Notes: a model not told the origin generated them from the sequence alone. DNA of 63,984 nt, filler included, from Bdellovibrionota bacterium (GCA_963169515.1; 6 parts of 6 records of this genome joined end to end with filler, not necessarily neighbours in it); one strand, 5' to 3'. Shown: positions 46,824 through 60,645, numbered from the whole stretch's first letter. Translations and numbers: made by a program.

Positions 46824-47801
46824 ATGAGTGTTTGGGTTACATTGGTATCATTTTTTCTGACGTTCGCTCCGGCAGAAGATAATTTTCCAGGCAAGGTTCC
46901 TGACAACTTGGTCCAGCTGGGCTCGGGCGAATACTTTTCTAATGTTGCTCTCGTTGCTGATAAGGTTCATCGACAACTTCAAGTTTGGCAAAAAAAAGAG
47001 GGCAAGCTCATCAGCATCCAAAGCTACTCTATTGATCTTGGAAAAAACGAAGGCGATAAAATCGCTCGTAATGACCACAAAACTCCTGAAGGAATTTATT
47101 ATTTTGAAAAAATGCTTGAAGGTGCAAATTTAAACTTTCAAGAATATGGTATCCGTGCGTTTACTATGAACTACCCAAACCTTTTTGATCGTCGCGAGCA
47201 TAAAACAGGGGATGGCATTTGGCTTCATGCGGTTCCAGATAAAAAGGGTCTACAACGTGGCTCACGTGGTTGTGTCGTTGTAAACAATGAATCTATCATG
47301 GACGTAAGCCCGTACATTGTTCTGAACCGAACGCCAATTGTCGTAGATCGTGAACTTAACTGGGTAACACAAAAAGAACTCGATCAGCAAAAAGAAGCTG
47401 TCACGGCTTGGCTCAAAACTTGGCTAAGAGCTTGGCAAACTGAAGGTATTGATGAGTATATGACTTTTTACGATGACTCATTTTATTCCCGTAAAATGAA
47501 TAAAGCTCAGTGGAAAGATTATAAAAACGGCCTGAATGTCTCATACGAAAACATTAAAATTTTTATTTCCGAGCCATACATTGTCCGCCACAATCAAGAA
47601 TGGCAGATTTCATTTTTACAAAAATATTCTTCGACAAGCTACGAGGACTTCGGTGAAAAAACATTATTTTTAAAAGGCCCACCAGAGAATCTCAAAATCA
47701 TCGCAGAAGATTTTGCAGTCGCAAACAATATGCAGGCCACAACAGAATTCACAAGTTCGCATTTGAGCTGCTGCGGGGATTCCCTCGGGTCTACAAATTA
47801 A
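46824..47801 (+). CDS. YkuD L,D-peptidase with NTF2-like domain (Bd1075/Csd6/Pgp2-like)
   Basis: KTPEGIY, NYPN, GIWLHAV, SRGCVV, followed by WLRAWQ...YMTFY...FLQKY. Confidence 0.85.
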   Translation: MSVWVTLVSFFLTFAPAEDNFPGKVPDNLVQLGSGEYFSNVALVADKVHRQLQVWQKKEGKLISIQSYSIDLGKNEGDKIARNDHKTPEGIYYFEKMLEGANLNFQEYGIRAFTMNYPNLFDRREHKTGDGIWLHAVPDKKGLQRGSRGCVVVNNESIMDVSPYIVLNRTPIVVDRELNWVTQKELDQQKEAVTAWLKTWLRAWQTEGIDEYMTFYDDSFYSRKMNKAQWKDYKNGLNVSYENIKIFISEPYIVRHNQEWQISFLQKYSSTSYEDFGEKTLFLKGPPENLKIIAEDFAVANNMQATTEFTSSHLSCCGDSLGSTN

Positions 47802-47804
47802 AAT

Positions 47805-47999
47805 TTAATTGAGATTGTCTGGAGCGTGACCGTTAACTTCGTTTTCATCAAAAAGCTTAATTTTAGACGCGTTCGAAGCCTCATCTTTTAAAGAATTTAA
47901 ATGTTTTTGAATTTCTTCTTTGGTGATGAGCCCGTGGCGTAATTGAAATTCAAAAAGCCGATTGTCAAATTTCATCCTCTGAATGTCGTCTTCAAACAT
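47805..47999 (-). CDS. Small hypothetical protein
   Basis: 64-aa ORF, co-oriented at the end of the operon, AAGAGGG RBS. Confidence 0.6.
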   Translation of the reverse strand: MFEDDIQRMKFDNRLFEFQLRHGLITKEEIQKHLNSLKDEASNASKIKLFDENEVNGHAPDNLN

Positions 48000-48024
48000 G
48001 GTCGCCCTCTTAATGTTCTCTTAG

Positions 48025-48771
48025 TTAGTTCCAGTACTTGGGTTCTTTCTCGTCGTTGTTTACCACCAATTTCAATTTACGTCTACGCCAGCCTGACCCA
48101 TTGCGTCTGGCCTTACTCCAAATGGAGTATATCCACAGAAATAAAAACCCCGAGATAACTCCGCCAATATGGGCAAGATTAGCCACCTGACCGCCACCAA
48201 TACCATTACTTAGCAACATCATAAACTCCATGCCACCCAAAATTAGCACAAAGTACTTGGCCTTCATTGGAAAGATAAACATGAAATAAACAATTCGTTC
48301 GCCAAATAAAATTCCGTAGGCCACCATAAGTCCAAATATCGCACCAGAAGCGCCAATAACAGGGATAACGAGTGGTTGCACGGTACCTGTGATCAGAACA
48401 TAGATCATGGTAACAATAAAATAAATCAGGGCGGCCCCAGCTCCCGTTACCAGATAATACATGAGAAACAGTTTCGATCCCCACTTTTGCTCAAGCTCGC
48501 TGCCTAACCACCACAGCATCATTTGATTCAAAACTACATGAAGCACATTGCTCGAATCATGTAAAAACAGGTAAGTAACCGGTTGCCAAATAAAATAACT
48601 TTTGAAAAATAGCACAGGAACAAAACCAAAGGTTTGCTCCAAATTTAAATCTGGGAAGATGAATTTTTCTACGATGACCTGAAAAACAATCCAAATAACC
48701 ACATTTGCGATCACAAGACGTTTCACGACCTTCGTGAAAGGCAAAACAAAGTTTTGTGGGTTATATGCCAT
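48025..48771 (-). CDS. Rhomboid family intramembrane protease
   Basis: WQPVTYLFLH, GASGA, AHIGG. Confidence 0.92.
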   Translation of the reverse strand: MAYNPQNFVLPFTKVVKRLVIANVVIWIVFQVIVEKFIFPDLNLEQTFGFVPVLFFKSYFIWQPVTYLFLHDSSNVLHVVLNQMMLWWLGSELEQKWGSKLFLMYYLVTGAGAALIYFIVTMIYVLITGTVQPLVIPVIGASGAIFGLMVAYGILFGERIVYFMFIFPMKAKYFVLILGGMEFMMLLSNGIGGGQVANLAHIGGVISGFLFLWIYSIWSKARRNGSGWRRRKLKLVVNNDEKEPKYWN

Positions 48772-48775
48772 TTGG

Positions 48776-49195
48776 TTACCTCAATGCTTTGGGCGGCTCA
48801 GAAAGTTCAATCAAGACACCATTTGCTGATGATGGGTGAATAAAAGCAACCTTGCAATTGTGTGCACCTTTGAGTGGTTTTTCGTGGATTAAGCGAACAC
48901 CTTCAGATTTTAGTTTTGCCAATATGGCTTCGATATCCTTTACGCGATAGCAAACGTGGTGAATTCCGGGGCCCCGCTTATCTAAAAATTTTTTTACTGT
49001 ACTGTCGTCAGACGTCGGTTCAAGCAGTTCGACGTTTACTCTATTATCAAATTTAATAAATCCAACCTTTACTCTTTCGCTAGGCACATTTTCGATGTCC
49101 ATTTCAGACCAGCCCAGAACTTTATAAATTTGGAATGCTTGTTCCAAATTTGCAACCGCAATGCCGATATGGTCGATTTCAAAGCCGGATATCAT
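48776..49195 (-). CDS. mce: Methylmalonyl-CoA epimerase
   Basis: IDHIGIAV, ELLEP, GPGIHH, FIHPSSANGVLIEL. Confidence 0.92.
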   Translation of the reverse strand: MISGFEIDHIGIAVANLEQAFQIYKVLGWSEMDIENVPSERVKVGFIKFDNRVNVELLEPTSDDSTVKKFLDKRGPGIHHVCYRVKDIEAILAKLKSEGVRLIHEKPLKGAHNCKVAFIHPSSANGVLIELSEPPKALR

Positions 49196-49686
49196 GTTAA
49201 TTTCCTAAAATAATCCGCTAATTTCGCGTAACACTGATCCATAGCCTCTGGGATTACCTTTGTCTCCGCAATTAATGGAAAGAAATTTAAATCACCCTTA
49301 TAGCGAGGCACAATGTGAAAATGTAAGTGGTCCGGCAACCCTGCACCAGCGGCCTTTTCTAAATTCGCACCCAAGTTAAATCCATGTGGTTGATATACAT
49401 CCTTCAATGCCTTAATGCCCCTCTGAACATTCCCATGCAAATCTAAAAGCTCTTCGTTGGACAAACCAAGATAGTCTCCTGTATGCCGCTTGGGAACAAC
49501 CAGCAAATGGCCACTGTTGTACGGATATTTATTCAATAAAATTACTGTGTGTTTCGATTTATAAATGGCAAGCGTATCAATACTCAATTCATTTTCGGCT
49601 GCTGCACAAAATACGCAACCAAACGGGTGGTCCATCTTTCGCACATACTTCCAGCGATGAGGGCGAAATAAAACTCTTAAATCCAT
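49192..49686 (-). CDS. HIT family hydrolase
   Basis: CVFC, NKYPYNSGH, HLHFHIVPR. Confidence 0.93.
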   Translation of the reverse strand: MDLRVLFRPHRWKYVRKMDHPFGCVFCAAAENELSIDTLAIYKSKHTVILLNKYPYNSGHLLVVPKRHTGDYLGLSNEELLDLHGNVQRGIKALKDVYQPHGFNLGANLEKAAGAGLPDHLHFHIVPRYKGDLNFFPLIAETKVIPEAMDQCYAKLADYFRKLT

Positions 49687-50610
49687 TCAGTTAATCCAAG
49701 ATCCAGGCATAATAAACAATAACTTCCCCGCAAGCTTCATTCGAAGCATTTCGCTTCCGAAAGCTTTCTTGAAAATTCCTTCTTCATAAAGATCGCCACT
49801 GACAAGGTATTGTAAGATATTAGGTCGACGCTTGGGTACTTCAAAAAGCTCCGGTTTATCGCCCAAACCCGTCATTTGACCTATTGTCTTAACAGCATCG
49901 CTTAATGTTCCAACCTGATCGGCAAATCCCAACTTCACTCCGGATTCACCCGTAAAAATACGGCCATCGGCGTATTCATTCACAAATTCCGGGGAAAGAT
50001 TTCGCCCCTGAGCCACAGCCGTCTTAAATTGGCCCCATACCTCATCCATCACACCTTGCATATATTTCTTTTCATCTTCCGTCATCGATCGATAATCTGC
50101 TCCAGTATCTTTGTATTTTCCTGTCTTTAAAACGTATCGATTGATTTTTGCCCAGTTGTACAAACCTTCCAAATTTACAAACTCCATAATTACGCCTATC
50201 GAACCCATAAGCGTTCCAGGGTTTACAATAATTTTATCCGCACCGACGGCAGTGTAATATGCACCGGACGCCAGTACACCAGAAGAATGGACTACGACCG
50301 GTTTTTTTAATTCCTCACGAATTTTCCTTAGTTCAGAATACATTTCTTGGCTTGGACCGACAACTCCGCCTGGTGAATCTATACTGACAAGAATTCCTTT
50401 GATCTCTTCACGGTCACCGTACTTCTTAAGGTCCTCGAGAAACTTTTTGCCGTCTAAGATAATTCCATCCAGGTTAACGAGAAGAATCGCGTTTTTTTCA
50501 ATACGATCTTTCCCATTAAAGAAGCCCGAAAAGGGTCCCCAAGCAAAGAAAAGGCTAAGAATAACGCCAAGACAAACCAAAAAACCAATAAATTGAAAAA
50601 ATTTTTTCAT
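49687..50610 (-). CDS. sppA: Signal peptide peptidase SppA (S49)
   Basis: DSPGG, ASGAYY, GSIGV, GKYKD, DGRIFTG. Confidence 0.93.
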   Translation of the reverse strand: MKKFFQFIGFLVCLGVILSLFFAWGPFSGFFNGKDRIEKNAILLVNLDGIILDGKKFLEDLKKYGDREEIKGILVSIDSPGGVVGPSQEMYSELRKIREELKKPVVVHSSGVLASGAYYTAVGADKIIVNPGTLMGSIGVIMEFVNLEGLYNWAKINRYVLKTGKYKDTGADYRSMTEDEKKYMQGVMDEVWGQFKTAVAQGRNLSPEFVNEYADGRIFTGESGVKLGFADQVGTLSDAVKTIGQMTGLGDKPELFEVPKRRPNILQYLVSGDLYEEGIFKKAFGSEMLRMKLAGKLLFIMPGSWIN

Positions 50611-50632
50611 TGCATCTCCAAGACTTTGGAAG

Positions 50633-50669
50633 AAAGAAGAATCAGCATGGGAAAGACTGATTCTTCTTT
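50633..50669. terminator. Stem-loop downstream of rpsA
   Basis: AAAGAAGAATCAG / CTGATTCTTCTTT inverted repeat. Confidence 0.6.
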
Positions 50670-50676
50670 TTTATGA

Positions 50677-52485
50677 TTACTCAGTCTTTTTAGAAGCACC
50701 GGCTAAAGCATCCCCAAACAAATCGCCCATTGTAGTTTTTGATGTCGATTTTGCTTTTTGAACATATTCGTCCACGTTTTGCTTTTCAGCACGTAATTGC
50801 ACAAGTTTTGAAGACAATCCAATACGGCGTGCGTCTTTATCCACAGTCACTACTTCGGCCTTCAATGTATCACCAACTTTTACAACGTCTTCTACCTTTT
50901 CAACACGTTGGCGTGATAATTCACTGATGTGGATAAGCCCCTCAATTTCAGGAGCAAGTTCGACAAACACACCGAAATCTGCAATTTTTGTTACGCGCAC
51001 ATCATGTTGTGTTCCAACCGCAAATTGACGGTCGATATTTGCCCATGGATCTGCATCCAATTGCTTAATACCCAAGCTGAAGCGTTCATTTTCGATATCA
51101 ACACCCAAAACAACAGCGCGAACCTTATCGCCCTTTTTATAAATTTCTGAAGGATGATTCACGCGTTTTGTCCAAGAAAAATCAGAAATATGAACAAGAC
51201 CGTCAATGCCCTCTTCAATCGCCAAAAACACGCCGAAGTCGGTTACAGATGTGACCTCACCTTCGATGATGGTGCCTGGAGGATATGTTTCCTTCAGCTG
51301 GATCCATGGATTTTCTTCTAGCTGTTTTAGACCCAAGCTGATGCGCCGACTTTCAGAATCGACCTCAAGAACAACAACTTCGACTTCTTCGCCCACTTTT
51401 AGTCGTTGAGAAGGATGCTTTACTTTTTTAGTCCAGCTCATCTCAGAAACGTGGATCAGACCCTCGATACCGTCATTCAATTCCACGAACGCTCCATAAT
51501 CTGCAAGGCTTACCACTTTTCCTTTTGCTCTAGAGCCTGGGCTGTATTTTTCACGAACAGCTTGCCACGGATCTTGTTGCAATTGTTTCAAGCCTAGCGA
51601 TACACGCTCTTTTTCTTGATCATATTTCAAAACTTGAACTTGAATTTCGTCCCCAACATTCAAAATTTCTGATGGATGTTTTACGCGGCCCCAGCTCATA
51701 TCCGTAATGTGTAATAGACCATCGATTCCGCCAAGGTCGATAAACGCACCGTAGTCAGTGATATTTTTTACGATACCGACGACTGTTGCTCCCTCTCTCA
51801 TTGCATCAATCGTTTGAGTTTTCAGCGATGAACGCTCTTCCTCAAGGATCGCACGACGAGACAACACGATATTTCCACGTTTTTTATTAAATTTAATAAC
51901 TTTGAATTTAAATTTCTTACCTACATACATATCCAGATTGCGAACCGGTCGGATGTCAATTTGGCTGCCTGGCAAGAAGGCTTTCACGCCAATATCCACA
52001 GACAATCCTCCCTTGACCTTTGCAAGCACAACACCTTCCACGTGCTCTTCATTCTCCGCTGCACGCGAAATATCAGTCCATGCTTTGATCATGTCGGCTT
52101 TGTCTTTTGACAACTCAGCCATTCCATTTTCATTTTCAATTTTATCTATGTAAACTTCGATTTCATCGTCAGCTTTTACGCTGACCTTTCCTTCGGCATT
52201 TTTGAATTCGTGAATACGAATCAGACCTTCGGATTTATAATTGAAATCAACAACAACGAAATCTTGCTGAACTTCAACCACTCGGGCCTTAACCACTTCC
52301 CCAGGTTGTATTGTAGAACCAACTACAGACTCTTCAAAAAGTTTTGTAAAGTCGCCATTGCCATTTAGTTTTTTTGTTCCTTCTACTTCGGCGTCCATGG
52401 CATCCAACGCCTCAAGAACCTTCTTACGTGCACTTTCCGCCTTTGAAAGCTTGTGCTTTTCCTCTACTTTTTGTTTATTTGACAC
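50677..52485 (-). CDS. rpsA: 30S ribosomal protein S1
   Basis: Six S1 repeats (AFLPGSQ, DYGAFIDLG, GLIHVSEMSW); AAGGAGG RBS, GTG start. Confidence 0.97.
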   Translation of the reverse strand: MSNKQKVEEKHKLSKAESARKKVLEALDAMDAEVEGTKKLNGNGDFTKLFEESVVGSTIQPGEVVKARVVEVQQDFVVVDFNYKSEGLIRIHEFKNAEGKVSVKADDEIEVYIDKIENENGMAELSKDKADMIKAWTDISRAAENEEHVEGVVLAKVKGGLSVDIGVKAFLPGSQIDIRPVRNLDMYVGKKFKFKVIKFNKKRGNIVLSRRAILEEERSSLKTQTIDAMREGATVVGIVKNITDYGAFIDLGGIDGLLHITDMSWGRVKHPSEILNVGDEIQVQVLKYDQEKERVSLGLKQLQQDPWQAVREKYSPGSRAKGKVVSLADYGAFVELNDGIEGLIHVSEMSWTKKVKHPSQRLKVGEEVEVVVLEVDSESRRISLGLKQLEENPWIQLKETYPPGTIIEGEVTSVTDFGVFLAIEEGIDGLVHISDFSWTKRVNHPSEIYKKGDKVRAVVLGVDIENERFSLGIKQLDADPWANIDRQFAVGTQHDVRVTKIADFGVFVELAPEIEGLIHISELSRQRVEKVEDVVKVGDTLKAEVVTVDKDARRIGLSSKLVQLRAEKQNVDEYVQKAKSTSKTTMGDLFGDALAGASKKTE

Positions 52486-52632
52486 TCACATGTCCTCCTT
52501 TGGTGAGCGCCCTATGAGCGCTCAAAATTTCACCCTAAAGTTAATAACTTACGTTTTTTGGTGATCAACTATTTATAGAGACTTTCTCTATAGAGTCAAA
52601 TTTTTTAAAGGGTCGACAAGGCCGAAAATAGT

Positions 52633-53283
52633 CTAAAGAATGTCCTGGCAGATCTTGTGGAGTCTATCCACGACTTCATCTAGGGAAAGTGCACTGGTAT
52701 CAATGACATGGGCCCCTGTTGGTATTTGCAGTGGGGCCACCTTGCGATCGCTGTCTTGAGCATCGCGTTTTTTTTGGTGCTCCAGAATCTCTTCGGCTTT
52801 CACACCCTGCTCTTGCGCTCTCCTTTGAGCTCGGTCTTCGCTCCTAGCGGTGAGGTATACTTTCACTTCTGCCTGAGGGAAAACGACGGTACCGCAATCT
52901 CGACCCTCTGCAACAAGGCCCCGCGAGTTTTCACACTCTCGCTGGGCTTCTAAAAGCTCTTTTCGTACAAGCTTCAGGCTACTAATTTTACTCGCAACAT
53001 TGCCAATTTCCTCTTTGTGAACTTCAACTGTCACATCTTGTCCATCATAGAAAAACCGAGTTGTATCAACATCCATTTGGACGTCCCAATCTGCGGCCCT
53101 GATAAGATCGGTGATTTTTTTTTCGTCTGTCGGATCAATATTTCTTTTGTGAACAACGTACGCAATACCGCGATAAAATACCCCTGTTGAGACCCAACGA
53201 CAGCCTAAGCGTTTAGATAACTCACGGCTGACTGAGGTCTTTCCAGACGCTGCTGGTCCATCAATCGTCACCACAAAACTCAT
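52633..53283 (-). CDS. cmk: Cytidylate kinase
   Basis: IDGPAASGKT, EGRDCGTVVFP; upstream of rpsA. Confidence 0.95.
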   Translation of the reverse strand: MSFVVTIDGPAASGKTSVSRELSKRLGCRWVSTGVFYRGIAYVVHKRNIDPTDEKKITDLIRAADWDVQMDVDTTRFFYDGQDVTVEVHKEEIGNVASKISSLKLVRKELLEAQRECENSRGLVAEGRDCGTVVFPQAEVKVYLTARSEDRAQRRAQEQGVKAEEILEHQKKRDAQDSDRKVAPLQIPTGAHVIDTSALSLDEVVDRLHKICQDIL

Positions 53284-54180
53284 AAAATTGCTTTCAAACA
53301 TTTTATTGCTTTTTCGTTTTCTTTCGGCAGCCCCACGCTCATCCGAATTTGTGTTGGAAATCCGTAGTTTTTTAACGGCCTCAAAATCACGCCTTGTTTC
53401 AATGCCTGTTCAAAAACTTCCGCGGAATCCCTACCCGTATCAAAAAATACAAAGTTCGCTTGGCTCGGGCAATAAAAAAGACCCATTTGACTTAAAGAGC
53501 TGTAAAAATAATCGAGCCCTTCCCAAACCACTTTCTGCGATTTTGCAATATAATCCTTGTCTTGAATCGCAGCCTTGGCAGCCTCTGCGACAATTAAATT
53601 TACGTTGAACGGATTCCTTACGCGCTCAACAACACCAATGATTTCTGGCTCAGCAAACATCACACCCAAACGCAAGCCCGCTAATCCATAAGCTTTTGCC
53701 ATGGTTCTTAAAACAATTAAGTTTGGATAGTTCTTTTGAAGCGCTAACGTGTCTGTATAATCCTTTGCACGAATAAATTCGACATAGGCTTCGTCAATCA
53801 CAATGAGAACATCGTGCGCTTTTGAAAACTCTAATATCTTTTCTACCCCGTCTGAATTGACATAAAGGCCTGTTGGATTACTGGGGTTCGGAAGAAAAAT
53901 CACTTTGTGTTGCTGGGTCCACGCTTCCAATAAATTGTCGACGTCGACAGAAAAATCCTTTCCCATTGGCACTTCAGTCACATTTATTCGGGAAGCGTGG
54001 GCACACACCTTGTACGCAACAAAAGACGCTTGTGAAATTAGAATTGAATCCCCTGGCTCGCAAAAAATTCGAATTATTAAATCGATCAATTCATTTGACC
54101 CATTGCCACAGACCATTTTATTAAGCGGAACCTTAAAATGAGATGCCAGTGCTTGCTTTAAAGAAAAATATGATCCGTCT
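53280..54180 (-). CDS. hisC: Histidinol-phosphate aminotransferase, 5'-partial
   Basis: GNGSNELI, NPSNPTG, DEAYVEF, RTMAKAYGLAGLRLG. Confidence 0.9.
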
Positions 54181-54280
54181 NNNNNNNNNNNNNNNNNNNN
54201 NNNNNNNNNNNNNNNNNNNNNNNNTTAATTAATTAANNNNNNNNNNNNNNNNNNNNNNNNNNNNNNNNNNNNNNNNNNNN
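54181..54280. other. Artificial contig spacer
   Basis: N44-TTAATTAATTAA-N44. Confidence 0.99.
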
Positions 54281-54653
54281 CTTGGACGTTTGGAAAAAAT
54301 TCTTTTGTAATCTTTACGGCGTTCTCTCCATCAGCTTCATTTTTTAAGGTCACAATAAGGGTATTTCCAGCAGCATCTTTTACAACTTCTGATTCTGTCG
54401 TATCGACCCCTTTTTCTTTTAGCTTATCTTGAATAGACGTCCCTGTACGTCGCAAATTTTCTGTCAGAACCTCAGCAACATCTACACCCATGACCAGGTG
54501 CAATCCGCCCTGTATATCTAACCCATATATAAGCTTTGTACTTGGAAGGTATTTGGATTTTGATGTGTCCACTACAATTGGAAGCAAGTAATAAACCGCC
54601 CAAATGAATACCACCGCTACAGCAAAGATTTTCCAGCGCAAATTTTTATTCAT
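54281..54653 (-). CDS. secD: Protein translocase subunit SecD, 3'-partial
   Basis: GLDIQGG motif; follows yajC. Confidence 0.88.
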
Positions 54654-54969
54654 TCCCCTTCTCCTTGGCTAGACCGGACACCTGGCTTTTTAAAATTTTA
54701 ATTCGAACATTTTTGTCTACTTCAAGTGTCACAAATTTTTCTGTCAAGCCCTCAATCGTGCCCAAAATTCCTGATGAGGTTAAAACTTGATCTCCCCTTT
54801 TAAGCTCAGTCAGAAGTTTCAAATGGGCTTGCTTTTGTTTGCCTTGAGGTCGAATGATAAGAAAATAAAATACTAAAAAGATAAGAACGAATGGAAAAAG
54901 AGACTCCAACAACGACGGTTTTGCAGCAACGCCCTGGGCAGTTTGCGCAAATGCTTCATTCCACAACAT
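54646..54969 (-). CDS. yajC: Preprotein translocase subunit YajC
   Basis: FYFLIIRPQ, LKRGDQVLTSSGILG. Confidence 0.95.
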   Translation of the reverse strand: MLWNEAFAQTAQGVAAKPSLLESLFPFVLIFLVFYFLIIRPQGKQKQAHLKLLTELKRGDQVLTSSGILGTIEGLTEKFVTLEVDKNVRIKILKSQVSGLAKEKGNE

Positions 54970-55068
54970 AAAAACACTCCTGTAGTTGCGATTAGACTAG
55001 ATATTCAATCTAGCCGCGACAGGTAGGTTTTTGCAATAATGGCGAGTATTTAACTGGTTATTTAACAC

Positions 55069-57205
<2,137 letters not shown>

Positions 57206-57209
<4 letters not shown>

Positions 57210-58324
57210 AGTTTCCCTAGCTGTGCCTCAGGGAAATAGTGTTTTAAAATTGCAACATGATCCATCCCTTTGCTCGCAAGCGCACGGCTTCCCACCTGGC
57301 ATAAACCCACTCCGTGGCCGAAACCCCGGCCAATGAATTGAACCATTTTGTCTTTGATCTGAATATCGAACAACGTACTCTTAAGTTTTTTAAAGCCCAG
57401 TTTGGACCGAAGCTCTTGCCCTGTGAGAATTATGCTTTCGTTTTGTTTGTCTTTCACAATGATCGACTGCACACGCCCCGATCCACTGCGTACGTAGGTT
57501 TTCACTTCGGTCACATTTTTCATTCTAAGTTTTTTTTCAATATCTCTTACCGATATGTTAAGCGTCCATTGATCACTTCCATTCAGTAAACAGTGGTCAT
57601 CTTTTACAATTGGATTTTTGTCACCATTATCCCAAACCGCGTGGGCTTGCTCTGTCCGTCCGCCACAGTCAGCATGGTAATAGGCCCGCATTACTGAACC
57701 GTCGCCATTTTTTAGAACCTCGCCTGTGGTTTCGCCTACAATCTTTGAAATGCGCCTTTCATAATGTTCAACACGCGCGTCTTGAAATCTAAACACTTGA
57801 TCTTCGATTGTCGAATCTAGCTGATAGGGACGCGAAAAGCGCGAATGTATCTGACTTACAGCATACGACCGTGCCGCAATGACCTGGGCTTTTAGGGCCT
57901 CTTCTGGCCAAGATGCTGGCATTTCGTGTGGAAGGACGCCTTTTAAATATTCTTCTAAATTCATAACTGCAATCACGTCGATTGCGCCGCTCTCGTTTGG
58001 TCGCAATAAAATTTTCCTAGGGGTGCGGTTCAAATTTACTCGCATGTTTTTTCCCACAACTTTCAAGTAGGAATCCGTGATAACGCGTAAATTTTCATTA
58101 CGCTCGATTTTCCATTGAGCCCCAAAAATATCTGCAAATGAAATTTTCACTGTCTGTATTAATGGAGCACCTGATACCGGAACCGCCCCACCATCCGTCA
58201 CCTGTACAGTATCACCCATGATCTCAATCCCTGTTGTTGGAACAGAAAAAATTCGAACACGCACATCCATCGCGTGTGTTACAGAAAACCAAAAGAATAC
58301 AGATAAAAGGATATGAACCATCAA
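57206..58324 (-). CDS. SpoIID/LytB domain protein
   Basis: [35 protein letters not shown]. Confidence 0.92.
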
Positions 58325-59061
58325 TGTTTTTTCATGCTTTCAATAAGGTCAATTGGCATTGGAAACACAATGACGGTTGACTTCTCATGGGTAATTTCGC
58401 CCAAGGATTGCAAATATGCCAATTGCAACGCAGACGGTGAAGATGCGAGCATTTTTGATGCCTCTGCCAGTCGAGATGACCGTTGAACCTCACCCTCTGC
58501 ACTGATGACTTTTGCTCGGCGTTCACGCTCAGCTTCCGCTTCCTGAGCCATCGCTCGCTGCATTTCTTTTGGCAAATCGATGTGTTTTACTTCAACGGCT
58601 GAAACTTTAATACCCCAGTCCTCAGTTTGATGGTCAAGAATGTCTTGGAGCTTGTCGTTGATAGTATCTCGAGTGGATAATATTTCGTCCAACGGGAACT
58701 GTCCCAAAACCGAACGTAAAGTAGTTTGGGCAAGCTGGCTTGTTGCAAAATAAAAATCAGCTATTTGGATAATTGCTTTTTCTGCATCCACAACTCGGAA
58801 ATAAACGACAGCGTTCACCTTGATGCTTACGTTGTCCCGAGTAATTACGTCCTGAGGTTGGACGTCCATTGTCACTGTTCGCATTTCAACTTTTATCATT
58901 CGATCAATATAAGGAATAAGTAAAATAAGTCCCGGCCCCTTGGTGCCGATGGAACGGCCGAGTCGAAACACAACTCCCCGTTCATATTCTGCCAAAACAC
59001 GAACGGCAGACATGATCATACTGAGCAGAACCACAACTAATACTATAAATCCAGCGGTCAT
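58321..59061 (-). CDS. Slipin (SPFH/stomatin) family protein
   Basis: [36 protein letters not shown]. Confidence 0.95.
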   Translation of the reverse strand: MTAGFIVLVVVLLSMIMSAVRVLAEYERGVVFRLGRSIGTKGPGLILLIPYIDRMIKVEMRTVTMDVQPQDVITRDNVSIKVNAVVYFRVVDAEKAIIQIADFYFATSQLAQTTLRSVLGQFPLDEILSTRDTINDKLQDILDHQTEDWGIKVSAVEVKHIDLPKEMQRAMAQEAEAERERRAKVISAEGEVQRSSRLAEASKMLASSPSALQLAYLQSLGEITHEKSTVIVFPMPIDLIESMKKH

Positions 59062-59063
59062 AA

Positions 59064-60338
59064 CTAATCTCCTTTGGTCACAAATAATTTCAGACCTTTG
59101 ACATCAAGAATTTTTACTTTATCATTTAGTGAAACTTCGGTGTTCGATTCAAATCTCCACAATTCACCCATCACATGCAGTTTCCCAGAACGCTTATCGC
59201 CGGCGACACTTGCAACGCGGCCCAATCGGCCTAAAAGTTCTTCTTTCCCCGTTTGAATGCGAACGCGTTGCGCTTTCATTGCCAGATAGCCCAAGCCTAG
59301 AACAATCAAGCTCAGGCCGGATGCCGTAACCAAGATTGTTACCAAGGGGAGCGTTAGCCCCGTCGAACTTTCATCAAAAAGAAAAATGCCGCCTAAAATG
59401 AATGACACAATTCCTCCGACACCGAGAGATCCAAAGCTAGGAACAAACGCTTCCGCTATCAAAAAAACTATTCCTAAAATCATCAGAGCCAATCCACCCC
59501 ACTGCACATCTAGTGTATGAAAACTAATAAGTGAAATAATCAAACCAATAACACCAACCACCCCAGGCAAAATCACACCAGGATGTGTAAGCTCGAAATA
59601 CAAAAGCGCCAGGCTCCCCATAAACAAAAGGTAAGCAATTTGGGGATCTGCAAACACCTGCAGAATTTTAAATCGCGAGTCAGGATTATAATATTCGATA
59701 TCCCCAACAGTTACTTTTGCAGATCTTCCTTCCGGCATTGTTACTTTGCGGTCTTTTGCAAAATTTAAAAATTCTTCTACTTTTGTAACAACGACATCAA
59801 TGGCGCCTTGCTTCAGCGCCTCTTTCGCATCAACTGCCTTGGCTTCAGTCACAATCTTTTTGCTGAATTCGAGGTTTCTTCCGCGAAGTTTAGTGATCCC
59901 TTCGAGCCAGCTGATCGTATCATTTAAAAGCTTTTGCCGTAGATCTTTTCCAAGCTCTTGTCCATTTCCTGCAATCGGGGTTGCAGCACCAATATTTGTG
60001 GCCTCCATCGCTCCTGCGATATGGCAGGCTTGCAGAATAATTGCCCCGGCGCTTCCCGCGTGCCCACCCGGAGGAGCCACCAAACATAAAAATGGAATTT
60101 TAGAATTAAGAATTTTTTCAACAATCAGGCGCGTCGTTTGAAGATTCCCACCCGGAGTATTAAGCAATAACAGAATTGATGAACATTTTTCTTCGTCGGC
60201 TCGTTTAATACCACGCTCAATATAATCGGAAACCCCAGGGCCAATAACGCCCTCTACTTTTAACTGAACAGTACAGCTCTCCGCACGTGCGAAGTGAAAT
60301 GAAAATAAAATTAAAGACGAAATAAATATATTCTTCAT
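59064..60338 (-). CDS. NfeD family membrane-bound serine protease
   Basis: NTPGG, AGSAG, IGAATP, TM bundle, C-terminal OB fold (GELWR); adjacent to slipin. Confidence 0.93.
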   Translation of the reverse strand: MKNIFISSLILFSFHFARAESCTVQLKVEGVIGPGVSDYIERGIKRADEEKCSSILLLLNTPGGNLQTTRLIVEKILNSKIPFLCLVAPPGGHAGSAGAIILQACHIAGAMEATNIGAATPIAGNGQELGKDLRQKLLNDTISWLEGITKLRGRNLEFSKKIVTEAKAVDAKEALKQGAIDVVVTKVEEFLNFAKDRKVTMPEGRSAKVTVGDIEYYNPDSRFKILQVFADPQIAYLLFMGSLALLYFELTHPGVILPGVVGVIGLIISLISFHTLDVQWGGLALMILGIVFLIAEAFVPSFGSLGVGGIVSFILGGIFLFDESSTGLTLPLVTILVTASGLSLIVLGLGYLAMKAQRVRIQTGKEELLGRLGRVASVAGDKRSGKLHVMGELWRFESNTEVSLNDKVKILDVKGLKLFVTKGD

Positions 60339-60351
60339 TTTATGTTTTCAG

Positions 60352-60451
60352 NNNNNNNNNNNNNNNNNNNNNNNNNNNNNNNNNNNNNNNNNNNNTTAAT
60401 TAATTAANNNNNNNNNNNNNNNNNNNNNNNNNNNNNNNNNNNNNNNNNNNN
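60352..60451. other. Artificial contig spacer
   Basis: N44-TTAATTAATTAA-N44. Confidence 0.99.
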
Positions 60452-60452
60452 T

Positions 60453-60638
60453 GTTGCGATTGACTTTGTTATTTCAGCCGCAGGGCACGTGATTACAGCA
60501 AAAGTGGCCCATACAAGTACCAAATCTGAAATCATCGATTCATGCATATTAGATACTTTGAAAAATTTGAAATTTCCGAAACCGAAAGGAAACGTCTCTG
60601 TAAAAGTGAACTATCCGTTCCGATTTACGAGGGGTTAA
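60453..60638 (+). CDS. AgmX/PglI (TonB-C-like) C-terminal domain, 5'-partial; not in ORF track
   Basis: Manual translation VAIDFVISAAGHV...IDSCIL...KFPKPKGNVSVKVNYPFRF. Confidence 0.8.
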   Translation, partial: VAIDFVISAAGHVITAKVAHTSTKSEIIDSCILDTLKNLKFPKPKGNVSVKVNYPFRFTRG

Positions 60639-60645
60639 AAATATT

